Source of the DNA: an uncultured bacterium
GTDB lineage: Bacteria > Babelota > Babeliae > Babelales > Vermiphilaceae
Assembly (NCBI GenBank): GCA_963727255.1
Contig: CAVSFC010000002.1
Location: forward strand, 256,001-320,000
Direction: 5' to 3'
Length of the DNA: 64,000 bases
Below the pieces are notes generated by a model. That model saw only the letters and a list, made by a program, of their open reading frames with translations, ran no database searches and was not told where the DNA came from. Shown here piece after piece: positions 1 through 9,988 of the stretch. Within the stretch, counting starts at the first letter, position 1; the number at the start of each line of letters is the position of its first letter. The position numbers and the translations under genes are program-made.

Positions 1-472
1 CATCAACTAAACTATACCGATTGAGTTTTATTAATAATGATTGAGTGGGGACTACATTAGGAAATACAAAGGAATATCCAGTCGTATTATGATGCTTTTG
101 CGTTGCCTGCAAATAATTAAATTCTAAATACATCTCAACATTATCGGTCCATGCATACCCTAAAATCCCTCCAAAGGTCCAAGGCAATTTATAGAGGGTT
201 TTGAATTTTGGGAAATGGGCCGCTAATTGATATACCGGATTTAATGGATTCGCAGGGCACGAGAGCAGATCCACTTCCCCTCGCTTGGTCCAGATAATGG
301 GAGCAATTCCTGCATGCAACTGACCGGTATATGTGCCACAAAAAAGAGGATTGCATGCGCATTCATAAATAGGTCGGCAACAATTTTCATTAGCATACGC
401 TTCTACTGCTGTGGCAGTTGTTAGGCAGAACAATACCAGGAGCAAAATTTTTTTTGCCGTTAATTCTTTCAT
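1..472 (-). CDS. Secreted or outer-membrane protein, partial (runs off the window start)
   Basis: Read manually: ATG at 472 after an AAGGAG RBS; MKELTAKKILLLVLFCLTTATAVEAYA signal peptide; frame open to position 1; barrel-like segment GGILGYAWTDNVEMYLEFNY. Confidence 0.6.
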   Translation of the reverse strand, partial: MKELTAKKILLLVLFCLTTATAVEAYANENCCRPIYECACNPLFCGTYTGQLHAGIAPIIWTKRGEVDLLSCPANPLNPVYQLAAHFPKFKTLYKLPWTFGGILGYAWTDNVEMYLEFNYLQATQKHHNTTGYSFVFPNVVPTQSLLIKLNRYSLVD

Positions 473-645
473 TGAATCTCCTTTTAAGATTATTTGCTTC
501 ACAATATAGGGCTAGTCTACGCAGAAAGAAAAATTAAAATCAAGTTATAGAAATCGCTATATTTTTGACAATGCTCTCTAAATTTTTCTATGGTAATAAA
601 GTTACCATTCGGATCTAAAAACCAATTTTCAAAGGAGACTATCTA

Positions 646-2421
646 ATGAACCAAACACCCTCTATGCGATTAGCGTTTATTGCTTTAATTGCATTATGCT
701 GTTCAATCTTAATACATGCTGAAGATCATTGCATTAGGGGTCAAACGTATACTCTTAAGAAGAATGGGATAAATCGTGTGGATTTTTTAAGCCAAAAATG
801 CGTTGATTCATTAAAAACGAGAATCGTTCCGGCTTGCCCTCCTGCACCAGGACCTGCACCCGTTTTGGTAGTGCCAAGCCAAAATCCAAATGCAATCGCT
901 GGAGCATTTTTCCCAACAACTACCACTTCTAATTCATTGGTCGCTCCCCCTCAAACAATAGGTACTACTTTTGTAGCTGGCGATCAAAGCAGCAACGCGG
1001 GCTGGACCAAAACACCGCCCGAAACTATGGCGAGTGTAGGCCCACAACAAATCGTAGCCGCTTTAAATCCTGCAATTACTTCATTCACAAAGGCCGGAGT
1101 TCGGGACAATGTCCTCAATGTGGAGCCAAGCTCCTTTTTGAATCTCGATGGCGATTTTAATACCATTGCAGATATGTTTGAGCCTAGCATCTATTTCGAT
1201 AGTCAATCCAGCCGATGGTACTATATTGCACTCAATGCAAATCCAAACGGAACTATTCGTGGCAATAATGGATTTAGCATTGCGGTGAGCAGCAGCAGCG
1301 TGCTAACCTCTGCAACGACATGGACAGTCGTAAATATTTTTAATGCAACCTTAGTTCCCGATGAAAACGGTTGCCCTGGGGACCAAAATTTATTTTTTGC
1401 CTATCCTACGCTTGGTGTAGACTCAAATGCTTTGTATACCAGTTTTGCTATGTTTGATGTTAATGGTAATTATCTTACCAGCACTGCATTTGTGATTCAA
1501 AAAAAATCTTTACTCAACCCGGGTCCTGTTTTTGTAACGGTATTTAGAGATGTAGTGGGAGATGTTGGTGATGAATATCCTTATCGAGAAGCTTCGAGCG
1601 TATTAACTCCTGCTATAAATTTCGATACCAATCCACAATTTGGCTATTATCTAGCCACCGATCCAATGCTTTTCGGAAAATTAAATTTATACCGCGTAAT
1701 TAATCCCGGCAGTACCTCTCCAACACTATCTCCAGCTGTTGGCATTAATGTTCTTGAAACAAGCTCAAGCGCAGTTCCTTCCGTGCCATTTATGGGAAAT
1801 CTTTTTGGAAATTTAGGAGTGCTCAAGCTTTCAGATGATCGTATACGATCTCCCATTATCCGCAACGGGCAATTATATGCAACGCAGACAATCATGGTTA
1901 ATGCTTCCGGTATAGCCGATACAACTATCGGGGATCCGGCTGCACGTTCTGCCGCACGCTGGTATCAATTGAGTTTGAATGGCGCAGGCACTGAAACTGC
2001 AACAACTGTTCCAACTCTTATTCAAGCTGGCACCTTATTTGATAATGCGCCGTCAAATCCATTGTGGTATAACATGCCATCCTTGATGGTGAATTCAAAC
2101 GGGGATTTAGCAATGGGCTTTACCGTTTCAAGCAATCTTATCCCAACAAGCGCTGGCTTTGTCGGACGTATTTCTTCAGATCCGCTTGGCAGTTTGCGCA
2201 TCGGAAATCCACCTCCTTCAACATATGCAGTCGGCAGCGGGCAATATAGCAGAGCACTTGGGCTTGGTACTCCACCAGCTCATGGATCACTGGGTCAGCC
2301 ATGGGGATCTTATTCGAGCACAAGCCTCGATCCTTCGGATAGCCTGACCATGTGGACCATCCAAGAATTGGCAAATAATTCTTTAGAACAAGTGGTCGTT
2401 GCTCAATTAATTGCACCGTAA
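646..2421 (+). CDS. Large secreted beta-rich protein of unknown function
   Basis: 591 aa, AAGGAG RBS, signal peptide, Pro-rich linker, S/T/N/G-rich beta strands. Confidence 0.75.
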   Translation: MNQTPSMRLAFIALIALCCSILIHAEDHCIRGQTYTLKKNGINRVDFLSQKCVDSLKTRIVPACPPAPGPAPVLVVPSQNPNAIAGAFFPTTTTSNSLVAPPQTIGTTFVAGDQSSNAGWTKTPPETMASVGPQQIVAALNPAITSFTKAGVRDNVLNVEPSSFLNLDGDFNTIADMFEPSIYFDSQSSRWYYIALNANPNGTIRGNNGFSIAVSSSSVLTSATTWTVVNIFNATLVPDENGCPGDQNLFFAYPTLGVDSNALYTSFAMFDVNGNYLTSTAFVIQKKSLLNPGPVFVTVFRDVVGDVGDEYPYREASSVLTPAINFDTNPQFGYYLATDPMLFGKLNLYRVINPGSTSPTLSPAVGINVLETSSSAVPSVPFMGNLFGNLGVLKLSDDRIRSPIIRNGQLYATQTIMVNASGIADTTIGDPAARSAARWYQLSLNGAGTETATTVPTLIQAGTLFDNAPSNPLWYNMPSLMVNSNGDLAMGFTVSSNLIPTSAGFVGRISSDPLGSLRIGNPPPSTYAVGSGQYSRALGLGTPPAHGSLGQPWGSYSSTSLDPSDSLTMWTIQELANNSLEQVVVAQLIAP

Positions 2422-2464
2422 TTAATTTTTTTAGACTAAAATATTTAAAAAAAGGAAAAAGACC

Positions 2465-4471
2465 ATGACCAAAGAACAATTAAGTAAAAGAAGTATGCAG
2501 CGCTTGCTTTTTATATGCTCTATTATTCTGAGCGGAACCCAATGCAGCAGATTATTTGCTCCTGCAATGACGTATACTGTAACAACCAATGCTGATTCAG
2601 GTGCCGGCTCACTTCGCCAAGCAATTATCAATGCAAATGCAAATACTCCGTTTACTAATACCATTGATTTCAACTTTTTACCCGGGCCTATAACTCCAGT
2701 AACCGATCTTCCCACGATCACTAATCCAGTAATCATTGATGGCTATTTGGGAGCCCCAGGCGGCTCATCCGTTAACACCAATTTAATTACTGCAGCAAAC
2801 AATGCACAAATTACCATTGAAATAGTTGGCCCTGGAGCAGGGGCCAATTTAGCTGTTACTAATGGTCTTGTGCTTGGAGCAGGTTCCGATGGATCTACTA
2901 TTAGGGGATTATGTATCAATAATTTCGCAAGCGTTGATAGCCCCGGAACCACCTATGGAGCGGGCATACTTATTCTGAGTGATGGCAATACAATCACCGG
3001 CAATTTCATCGGTTCAAATACCAATGGCCTCCTCTCATTTCCTAATGCAACAGCAATAAATGTGCAAGGCAATAATAATATTATCGGGGGAACAACACCG
3101 GCCACCCGCAATCTTCTTTCTGGCCACTATCTTGGCGGCAGTAGCGGTGCATCGCGCATCAATGGTGTGGTGAGAATATCCGGCGATGGAACAATCGTCC
3201 AACAAAATACTATCGGGCTCAATGCTTTTGGAACTGCTCCGTTAATGCCCGATGCACATCAGGGAATTACCACGGTCGGTGCGGGCGCAACAACGGGAGG
3301 AACCACCCTTATTGGCGGCCCGAGCCATCTGGCTAATGGCAATGTAATTTCTGGCCATCATGCTGCTAACGTTGTTGTAGATCTCATAGAATCAAGTACT
3401 ATTGTACAAGGAAATTATATTGGCCTTGATGTTACCGGTTCGGTTAAAATAGCGGGCAATGGAATTGGCGTAAACTTTGTGCGTTCAAGTATTGTAAATT
3501 CTCCTGTTAATTCATTTTTTCAACCAGTAAACTTGGTAATCTCTGGCAATACGATTAGCGGCAATACCTATGGCGTTAGAGTTGGAGAAAATAGTTTTGG
3601 TGGATATCCTCTTTATAATACTCAGATTACGAATAATACCATCGGATTAAATGCGGCAAAAACTGCTGCGGTGCCAAACAGTCTTGATGGAATCTGGATA
3701 AAATATGGCATTGATAGCTATATTGAATTAAATGTTGTTTCGGGCAATTTAGGAAACGGCATCCTTATCGGCAAAGGTAAAAACACACTGATTAAAAGTA
3801 ATTATATCGGAACTGATACCACTGGAACTGCAGTGTTGGGCAATGGAGGCAATGGTATTCAACTGGGCATCAATGTTGGCAGTGGAGTTCCGGCGTTTGG
3901 TGATACCGTGGGCGGCTCAAAGCCAGGAGACGGCAATCTGATCGCTAATAATACCGGCAATGGCATTGAAATCGTTTCTTACACACAACAAGAAACCATC
4001 ATCGGCAATACGATTATCAAGAATGGCGGCAATGGCATTCAGATTGATCCGAATGCTTCCAATAATTGGATCGGCGGATTCAGAACTGCTGGCGATCTGC
4101 GGCTTATGGGAGATACTTCAAGCCAAGGATTTACCAATCTAGGGCCGTTGGGAATCAGTAATATAATTTCTATTAATACCGAAGCAGGAATAAGCGTTAA
4201 CGATTCTAATCTAAATACTCTGCAATCCAATTTCATCACCGGCAATGGTGGCAATGGCATTAGCCTTATTGATTCTTCAAATAATCTGATTGGTGGGCTT
4301 TATGGCAGTGCGGCAACAACTTTACCGCCCGTACTCGGAAATTCAGTTACGGGAAATAATGGATTTGGCGTAGAAGTTGAACAAGTAACCGGCAACGCAA
4401 CTGATAATTCAATTCTCTCAAACCGAATATTTAATAATACGAGCAGAGGTATTGCGCTAGTGACTGGATAA
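2465..4471 (+). CDS. Secreted right-handed parallel beta-helix (pectin-lyase-like) repeat protein with CSLREA-type N-terminus
   Basis: VTTNADSGAGSLRQAIINAN motif; many GNxIGxN and NxISGN repeats. Confidence 0.8.
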   Translation: MTKEQLSKRSMQRLLFICSIILSGTQCSRLFAPAMTYTVTTNADSGAGSLRQAIINANANTPFTNTIDFNFLPGPITPVTDLPTITNPVIIDGYLGAPGGSSVNTNLITAANNAQITIEIVGPGAGANLAVTNGLVLGAGSDGSTIRGLCINNFASVDSPGTTYGAGILILSDGNTITGNFIGSNTNGLLSFPNATAINVQGNNNIIGGTTPATRNLLSGHYLGGSSGASRINGVVRISGDGTIVQQNTIGLNAFGTAPLMPDAHQGITTVGAGATTGGTTLIGGPSHLANGNVISGHHAANVVVDLIESSTIVQGNYIGLDVTGSVKIAGNGIGVNFVRSSIVNSPVNSFFQPVNLVISGNTISGNTYGVRVGENSFGGYPLYNTQITNNTIGLNAAKTAAVPNSLDGIWIKYGIDSYIELNVVSGNLGNGILIGKGKNTLIKSNYIGTDTTGTAVLGNGGNGIQLGINVGSGVPAFGDTVGGSKPGDGNLIANNTGNGIEIVSYTQQETIIGNTIIKNGGNGIQIDPNASNNWIGGFRTAGDLRLMGDTSSQGFTNLGPLGISNIISINTEAGISVNDSNLNTLQSNFITGNGGNGISLIDSSNNLIGGLYGSAATTLPPVLGNSVTGNNGFGVEVEQVTGNATDNSILSNRIFNNTSRGIALVTG

Positions 4472-4526
4472 TAGCCATTAAAAATTGGCGGGAAACACCT
4501 GTTTCTCGCCATCAAAAGGAGATTTT

Positions 4527-4955
4527 ATGATCAAAAAAATAGCATTGATAAGTATAGCGCTCAGCAGTTGGCTTATGCATGGCTGTATTCCCACATGCAT
4601 TCAACAAGGCCCAAACCGATTGCAGCCAGCGCCGGTATTGGCAAGTGCAACAAATATTGATGGAGTGATTACAGTCAACGGAACTCTCTCGACAATTCGC
4701 AGAAATGCCACATATATTATACAATTTTTTGGCAATCCCGTATCTCGCGCAGGGCTCACTGAAGGAGATGATTTTTTAGGCCAAATTACTGTGACTACCG
4801 ATTGCTTTGGCAATGCACCATTTAGCGCAGTACTATTACCGCCAACACAAAATACTGATCCATTTATTAGCGCGACGGCTACCTTGGTATTATGCACCGG
4901 CCAAACCAGTGACACCTCTGAATTTAGCGCCAATATTCCGATAGTAATTTCATAA
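4527..4955 (+). CDS. Small secreted protein resembling the C-terminal domain of beta-helix proteins
   Basis: Own AAAGGAG RBS and signal peptide; motifs QPAPVL, GTL, IQFFGN, EG..FLG, ISATAT, TSEFS. Confidence 0.65.
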   Translation: MIKKIALISIALSSWLMHGCIPTCIQQGPNRLQPAPVLASATNIDGVITVNGTLSTIRRNATYIIQFFGNPVSRAGLTEGDDFLGQITVTTDCFGNAPFSAVLLPPTQNTDPFISATATLVLCTGQTSDTSEFSANIPIVIS

Positions 4956-4972
4956 TTTTTAGTTTAATTTTC

Positions 4973-5000
4973 AGAAGGACCTTCGTTAGAAGGTCCTTCT
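4973..5000 (+). terminator. Intrinsic terminator hairpin
   Basis: AGAAGGACCTTC-gtta-GAAGGTCCTTCT perfect 12-bp stem followed by TATTTT. Confidence 0.8.
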
Positions 5001-5036
5001 TATTTTAGACCTGCCGCACAGACCTCTCATTTTTGT

Positions 5037-5064
5037 TTGACAAAAGCCTAAAAGACCGTACTCT
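5037..5064 (+). promoter_or_regulatory. Putative sigma70 promoter of the tRNA
   Basis: TTGACA-16 nt-TACTCT upstream of tRNA-fMet. Confidence 0.45.
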
Positions 5065-5108
5065 TAGTATAACTTTTCATACTTTTTTCATATCTTTCGA
5101 ATGTAGAT

Positions 5109-5185
<77 letters not shown>

Positions 5186-5410
5186 GTCTTCGCTCCTACG
5201 GAGCTACGCCTGGCTACGCCATCTCTTAAGGCTGCACAATAAGATTTAACAGCACGATGCGAAGACTGTCCGGCCCTTCGGCAAGCTCAGGATAAACTCC
5301 GCTTAGGCGCCGTGTCCGGCGTCCTTCGATACGAAAACTGTATTTTCTACTCAGGATGACCGGAAGGACGCGTTTACTCTCGAGCAAAGTCGATGGATTT
5401 AGCGAAGACG
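5186..5410. repeat. Cluster of REP-like palindromic elements after the tRNA
   Basis: CCCTTCGGCAAGCTCAGG and CCTTCGAT...CTCAGGATGACCGG match the family at 18109, 23093, 29537 and 50686; GTCTTCGC/GCGAAGAC inverted repeats. Confidence 0.6.
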
Positions 5411-5509
5411 GACATGTGGCAACAAACCAAATTGGTCCGACAAAATCATTTCTCACTTTACTTGATCGATCCATTTCTGTAATTTCAAAAAAAGAACCTA
5501 TAAAAAAGG

Positions 5510-6040
5510 ATGGTCATGAGAAACAAATTATTATTTCTTGCCTCATTTTTTTTCTCAATCTTTTTAGCAGCCATGGATAAACAACAAGTTCAAGCTCGAT
5601 CCCGAGATCTGCCCATACGAGATATTTCCAGTGATACTCTGAGCCGGTCTCCAGGAGAATGGTTTGCGCTTGAAGTGCGCAAAGATCAGGCGCTCCTTGA
5701 GCAGAAAGAAAACACTGGCAAGATCCAGGCAGCTGATGCAGTTACTTTTATAGCAGCACAATCTTTAGAACTGATAGATCAGATAAAAGAAAAATTATGC
5801 GCTTCACGCGGCGACTCTATAATCGATGAACAACTCAATGAAATGCTCAGCAGTCTTGATGGGCAAGAAGATGAACAACAGGTAACGCCCAGTTGTTGTT
5901 CGAGCTTAAAATCCCGTAAAGCGGATTTGTTTCTTGAAAAAATTCAAAAAGATCCTGAACTAAACTCAGAAATAAAAAGAATGATTATAAATCAGTCACT
6001 TCTTGTTAATAAAATTATCAGATCTTTAGAAACCAAGTAA
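5510..6040 (+). CDS. Hypothetical secreted protein
   Basis: Signal peptide ending LAA|MDKQ; helical body. Confidence 0.7.
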   Translation: MVMRNKLLFLASFFFSIFLAAMDKQQVQARSRDLPIRDISSDTLSRSPGEWFALEVRKDQALLEQKENTGKIQAADAVTFIAAQSLELIDQIKEKLCASRGDSIIDEQLNEMLSSLDGQEDEQQVTPSCCSSLKSRKADLFLEKIQKDPELNSEIKRMIINQSLLVNKIIRSLETK

Positions 6041-6042
6041 GA

Positions 6043-6558
6043 TCAATCTTCATGATCTGAGCAACAGCAATCCACAGTCAATTTGAGACATTCTCGGCAG
6101 GTAAGGAAAAATGCTACGCTCGCAACGCACACCCCACCGATCAATAAGGCATTTTCTCGTTTTGTAAAAACAGGACTTTCATCAAAAGCGCAAACCATGG
6201 TTTGATTAAATGAAGGCATATGCCGAGCAGAACTCATATATTTACCAACTTTGTTAAGACAGACCAGTGTTCCAATTGCTGCGCCAATATTCGGCAAAGC
6301 CTCGGTAACACTGCGACGAACAAAATTAGTTAATTTACTGCTTACTCCAGCATAATTATCATGAGGATCAACATGGGATTGGCCCATCTCAATATATGAA
6401 TGAATCTCTGAGCCATCTTGAAATTCAAGTTTCTGTTCAAGCCGCCAGCCTGCAACTCTTACAGTATTCCTTTGCATGGCGTTTGAAAAACAGGTGATCA
6501 CTAATAAATTGAAAATAACAAAACATCTAATCATCCAAGCAAAATTCTTAATAATCAT
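6043..6558 (-). CDS. Hypothetical secreted/membrane protein
   Basis: AAGGAG RBS; signal peptide SNA|MQR; C-terminal TM segment and Cys-rich tail. Confidence 0.7.
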   Translation of the reverse strand: MIIKNFAWMIRCFVIFNLLVITCFSNAMQRNTVRVAGWRLEQKLEFQDGSEIHSYIEMGQSHVDPHDNYAGVSSKLTNFVRRSVTEALPNIGAAIGTLVCLNKVGKYMSSARHMPSFNQTMVCAFDESPVFTKRENALLIGGVCVASVAFFLTCRECLKLTVDCCCSDHED

Positions 6559-6588
6559 TTATGCTCCTTCAAAATTCTTCACCGCAAA

Positions 6589-6930
6589 TTATTCTTGTTT
6601 CTGTTTATGCAGGTTATAATAGCTCCGTGCGATTGCAATTGCCATCAAGCTTCCTGTCAGAAAAAGTCCCCCATGCAAGAAGATACCTTGACTATAATGA
6701 GTAGCCTTTGCTGCAAATTCAGCAGTATCAAGGCTCGCTATTTTTAAAAGGGCTCTTCCAGACCAACCAGCGAACAGACTGCAGCAGATAAGAGATTTCC
6801 AACAATCGCGGTCCTTGGCAGTTAACTTCCATATTTGCAAACAACTTAGCTCAGGGCGATATTCTTTAATAGCTTTGCCAGGTTTGTTTTCTTGCAAATG
6901 CTTCTGCTTTTTCCAGTAGTTCTTTTGCAT
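6589..6930 (-). CDS. Small membrane protein
   Basis: 113-aa ORF with two hydrophobic segments, overlapping the Nudix gene end. Confidence 0.5.
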   Translation of the reverse strand: MQKNYWKKQKHLQENKPGKAIKEYRPELSCLQIWKLTAKDRDCWKSLICCSLFAGWSGRALLKIASLDTAEFAAKATHYSQGIFLHGGLFLTGSLMAIAIARSYYNLHKQKQE

Positions 6931-7300
6931 TCGTATACGTTAATCTTTCATGCGCCTTTTCATAAGGCAACCATAAATAGCCTTGATGCTCGCGCGATAA
7001 TCTAATGCTTTGCTGTCCAGTTTTGCCCACAAAAAAAGTTACGGTTTTTTTTACCATTTTCCCACGCTCTTTAAAAACATAGGCCAATGATTCTTCAAAT
7101 CCGGGAATTATTTCTGCAGTTAATCCCGTTTCTTCTTTTAATTCACGTTGTGCAGCCTGTATTTTGGTTTCACCCGGCTCTAATTTACCTTTGGCAAAAT
7201 CCCAGTGGCCGCTAATATAGTGAAGAACAAGATAGTGAATCTCATAATCTTTGATGCAATAGATCACTATGCCTGCAGATTGTTGTTCAATCATGGTCAT
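6866..7300 (-). CDS. Nudix hydrolase, asymmetrical Ap4A hydrolase-like
   Basis: Nudix box GKLEPGETKIQAAQRELKEETGL; SAGIV, GHWDF, KTVTFF and SREHQ motifs. Confidence 0.85.
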   Translation of the reverse strand: MTMIEQQSAGIVIYCIKDYEIHYLVLHYISGHWDFAKGKLEPGETKIQAAQRELKEETGLTAEIIPGFEESLAYVFKERGKMVKKTVTFFVGKTGQQSIRLSREHQGYLWLPYEKAHERLTYTNAKELLEKAEAFARKQTWQSY

Positions 7301-7316
7301 CCAGTCTGTTAGAATT

Positions 7317-8870
7317 TCAATCGAGGAAATATAATCGAACGCCAAATAAGCTTCTACAATAATACAAGAGAAGTCCAGCCACTATTGATAATGGCCCAAC
7401 CCATAGCCAAAATCCAATTTTTTCAATAAAAAAGTATGCTAAGTCTTGAGGCAATAGCAATCGAATTAAAGATAAAATGCCACTATACGAAAGTAAAAAA
7501 AAGCAACCAACCCCAATTAATTGAAATCCGTATCGGGCGCAAAAATTTAAAAATTGCTGTAAATATGCATGTAAACCAAATTTTTTGCGCAAATAATAGA
7601 GCAATAATATGGTCTGCAAAATTCCTGAGATAGTAGTCGCTAGCGCAAGCCCAAATGCATGCAAGTTTGCCATAAATAAAAAATTTAAAATGATATTAAC
7701 TGCCGTTGCAATGATGGAAACAATACTTGGAATTCGGGTTTCATGCAGGGCATAAAAAACATTTAAAATAATTTTATTAAATGAGAAGAAAAATAATCCG
7801 ATTACAAATGCGATCAAGATATAGCCTGCTTGGTAAGCTTGCGCCAAGGTAAAGGATTTTGAAAGAAAAAGGGTAGTAAAAATTTTATCAGCAAAAAGAA
7901 TCATGAAAAGCATACAGGGAATGGTCACCCAAAAAACCAACTTTGCCGATTCTAATAAGTAAAAATTCAAACGCTTGGGCGCATAGGTGCTTATGCGCGA
8001 AAAGTGAGGCAATAGGATTGTAGAAAACGCAACGGCAAAAACGCCGAGCGGGATACCAACAAATCGATTCGCATAATAAATGAGAGATATGGAACCCTCA
8101 GGCAAATATGAGGCAAAACTCGTATCAATAAAAAGGCTAATCTCCATAACACTCATACTCAGCAGCACCATGAAAAACTTTGCCAAAATATTTGAAAAAG
8201 AATGCCATGTTTCTTTAGTTACTCTGCCAAAAGCAAAATCCAGGTTAATATATGCATGCAAATGCTGTAGAAACTGCAAGAGCCCGCCAAGCAAAATAAA
8301 AAAGCATAAGTAAATCACCGGAAGTTGCAAATACCAGCAAATTGCCAGACCACCAATAAAAACAATATTCAACAAAATTGGTCCAAATGCTGGCACAAAA
8401 AAATGCCCAACCGCTTGCAAAGCTCCCGCCAATAAAGCACTACTTGAGATAAAAAAGATAAAAGGCATTAAAATACGCAATAAAGGAACGGTTAAGGCAA
8501 TCTGCTCACCAGAAAATCCGGGAGCAATTGCTGCAATAACCTGAGGTGCAAAAATAATAGTAAGCCCGCATAAAATGAGTAAACTGCCCTCAAACAAGAT
8601 GAATGCTAATGACATCAGGCTATGAGCGTCATTCTTATTCTTACGCAAGGCGGTAACAAAAGAGGGAACAAAGGCGGCCGAAAGCGCTCCCTCAGCAAAA
8701 ATTTTTCTTAGTGAGCTGGGAATTTTAAAGGCGGTTAAAAAAGCATCCGATGCAGCGCCTGCCCCGAGGTATTTCACCATGAGCAGTTCACGAATAATGC
8801 CCAAAAACCGGCTCATCAAGGTTGAGCTGCCAATCTGAATAGTCTTTTTAATGATCGATCTTTTGTGCAT
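7317..8870 (-). CDS. murJ: Lipid II flippase MurJ (MviN)
   Basis: SRFLGIIRE, DAFLTAFKIP, RKIFAEGALSAAFVP; many TM helices. Confidence 0.95.
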   Translation of the reverse strand: MHKRSIIKKTIQIGSSTLMSRFLGIIRELLMVKYLGAGAASDAFLTAFKIPSSLRKIFAEGALSAAFVPSFVTALRKNKNDAHSLMSLAFILFEGSLLILCGLTIIFAPQVIAAIAPGFSGEQIALTVPLLRILMPFIFFISSSALLAGALQAVGHFFVPAFGPILLNIVFIGGLAICWYLQLPVIYLCFFILLGGLLQFLQHLHAYINLDFAFGRVTKETWHSFSNILAKFFMVLLSMSVMEISLFIDTSFASYLPEGSISLIYYANRFVGIPLGVFAVAFSTILLPHFSRISTYAPKRLNFYLLESAKLVFWVTIPCMLFMILFADKIFTTLFLSKSFTLAQAYQAGYILIAFVIGLFFFSFNKIILNVFYALHETRIPSIVSIIATAVNIILNFLFMANLHAFGLALATTISGILQTILLLYYLRKKFGLHAYLQQFLNFCARYGFQLIGVGCFFLLSYSGILSLIRLLLPQDLAYFFIEKIGFWLWVGPLSIVAGLLLYYCRSLFGVRLYFLD

Positions 8871-8872
8871 TG

Positions 8873-9382
8873 TTATTTTTTATTACAGGGTTGAATTGGA
8901 ACTGCAGGAGGAAAAGATTGGTTTTTTATGGTAACTATTAAGCTCATGTATTTGCAATCCGCTTGATGAATTAGCTTCCATCGTTCTTCAATCTCTTCAG
9001 CAGTGCATTCAAGCGGATCCAAACACAGGAATTTATTAGGATCTTTTTGTGCGAGTTCAGGATCGGCGGTAGCCCGTATTTTGCCATGCGTTTCTTCGCA
9101 CAAATCTGCTAAGAATTCTTGTTGATCATGGTATTTTTTCTCATATTCTGCAACAAATGCTACTTTTAATTTTTTTATCTCGCCATTCCGCTCATTGCAA
9201 GTTGTTTGAAACGCTTGGGATAAAAGAATTTTTAACTGAGTTTTCCGCCATTCGATCGGATCCAATGTGTCATTAGATTCCATAGCACATAAAGATAATG
9301 GCATTATTCCAAAAATAAGAATTTTTAATGATATTTTTCTTATGGAGATTTTATAACGAAAATGAGACATATTTTTGCCCAT
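8873..9382 (-). CDS. Hypothetical secreted protein
   Basis: Signal peptide ending LCA|MES; start codon uncertain. Confidence 0.65.
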   Translation of the reverse strand: MGKNMSHFRYKISIRKISLKILIFGIMPLSLCAMESNDTLDPIEWRKTQLKILLSQAFQTTCNERNGEIKKLKVAFVAEYEKKYHDQQEFLADLCEETHGKIRATADPELAQKDPNKFLCLDPLECTAEEIEERWKLIHQADCKYMSLIVTIKNQSFPPAVPIQPCNKK

Positions 9383-9490
9383 CCAAAATACTTTTTACCT
9401 AAATTTTTCAATTTTGAGTATAAGGCCAAATACTCTTGAGAACAATTATTTAACAAACGAGAATTATGTCCTATTTCAAAGTTACTATAG

Positions 9491-9988
9491 TTATGCAATT
9501 GGGAAGCAGTCTAAGTCCGAGCTACATACCCACGTTGTAAGACCACCACATACTAAACCGGCCGCTATCGAAAGAGCCATCCACGCACACTTGTGCTCAT
9601 GGATTGGCTCATCAGCATTCTCTTCTTCGCTCGCATGCCTTTTTATTGCTCTAACTTTTTCCATTGGAATAGCACGAGAGCATGTAGGGCATGTTTTGCT
9701 AATATTTACCCATCTCTGTAAACAATTGGAATGAAATTGATGGGTTTTATGACAGCCCAAACGAGCTACTGCTTTATTTTTTTTAGAAAGGTCATCCTCT
9801 TTATCCCAGCAAATGCCACACATCAAACTAGTATCTTCTTGCAGCTGATTAACTTCGACCTGTTCTATTGCTTGGACAACTTTTTTATTCCGCCTGCGTC
9901 TGCCCGCATAAGCATTAAACCCACTCATGCAAACTAAAATTGTTAAAAAAATAATGTGCGCTTTAAAAAATTTTTTTAGAAAAATCAT
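9491..9988 (-). CDS. Secreted RING-H2 finger protein with C-terminal TM segment (putative E3 ligase effector)
   Basis: CGIC...CHKTHQFHSNCLQRW...CPTC pattern; signal peptide; RRRRNKK; TM tail. Confidence 0.85.
   Translation of the reverse strand: MIFLKKFFKAHIIFLTILVCMSGFNAYAGRRRRNKKVVQAIEQVEVNQLQEDTSLMCGICWDKEDDLSKKNKAVARLGCHKTHQFHSNCLQRWVNISKTCPTCSRAIPMEKVRAIKRHASEEENADEPIHEHKCAWMALSIAAGLVCGGLTTWVCSSDLDCFPIA

Noticed and set aside
5186..5410. CRISPR array or prophage att site after the tRNA
   Set aside because: No regularly spaced identical repeats, no cas or integrase gene, and no second copy of the tRNA 3' end seen
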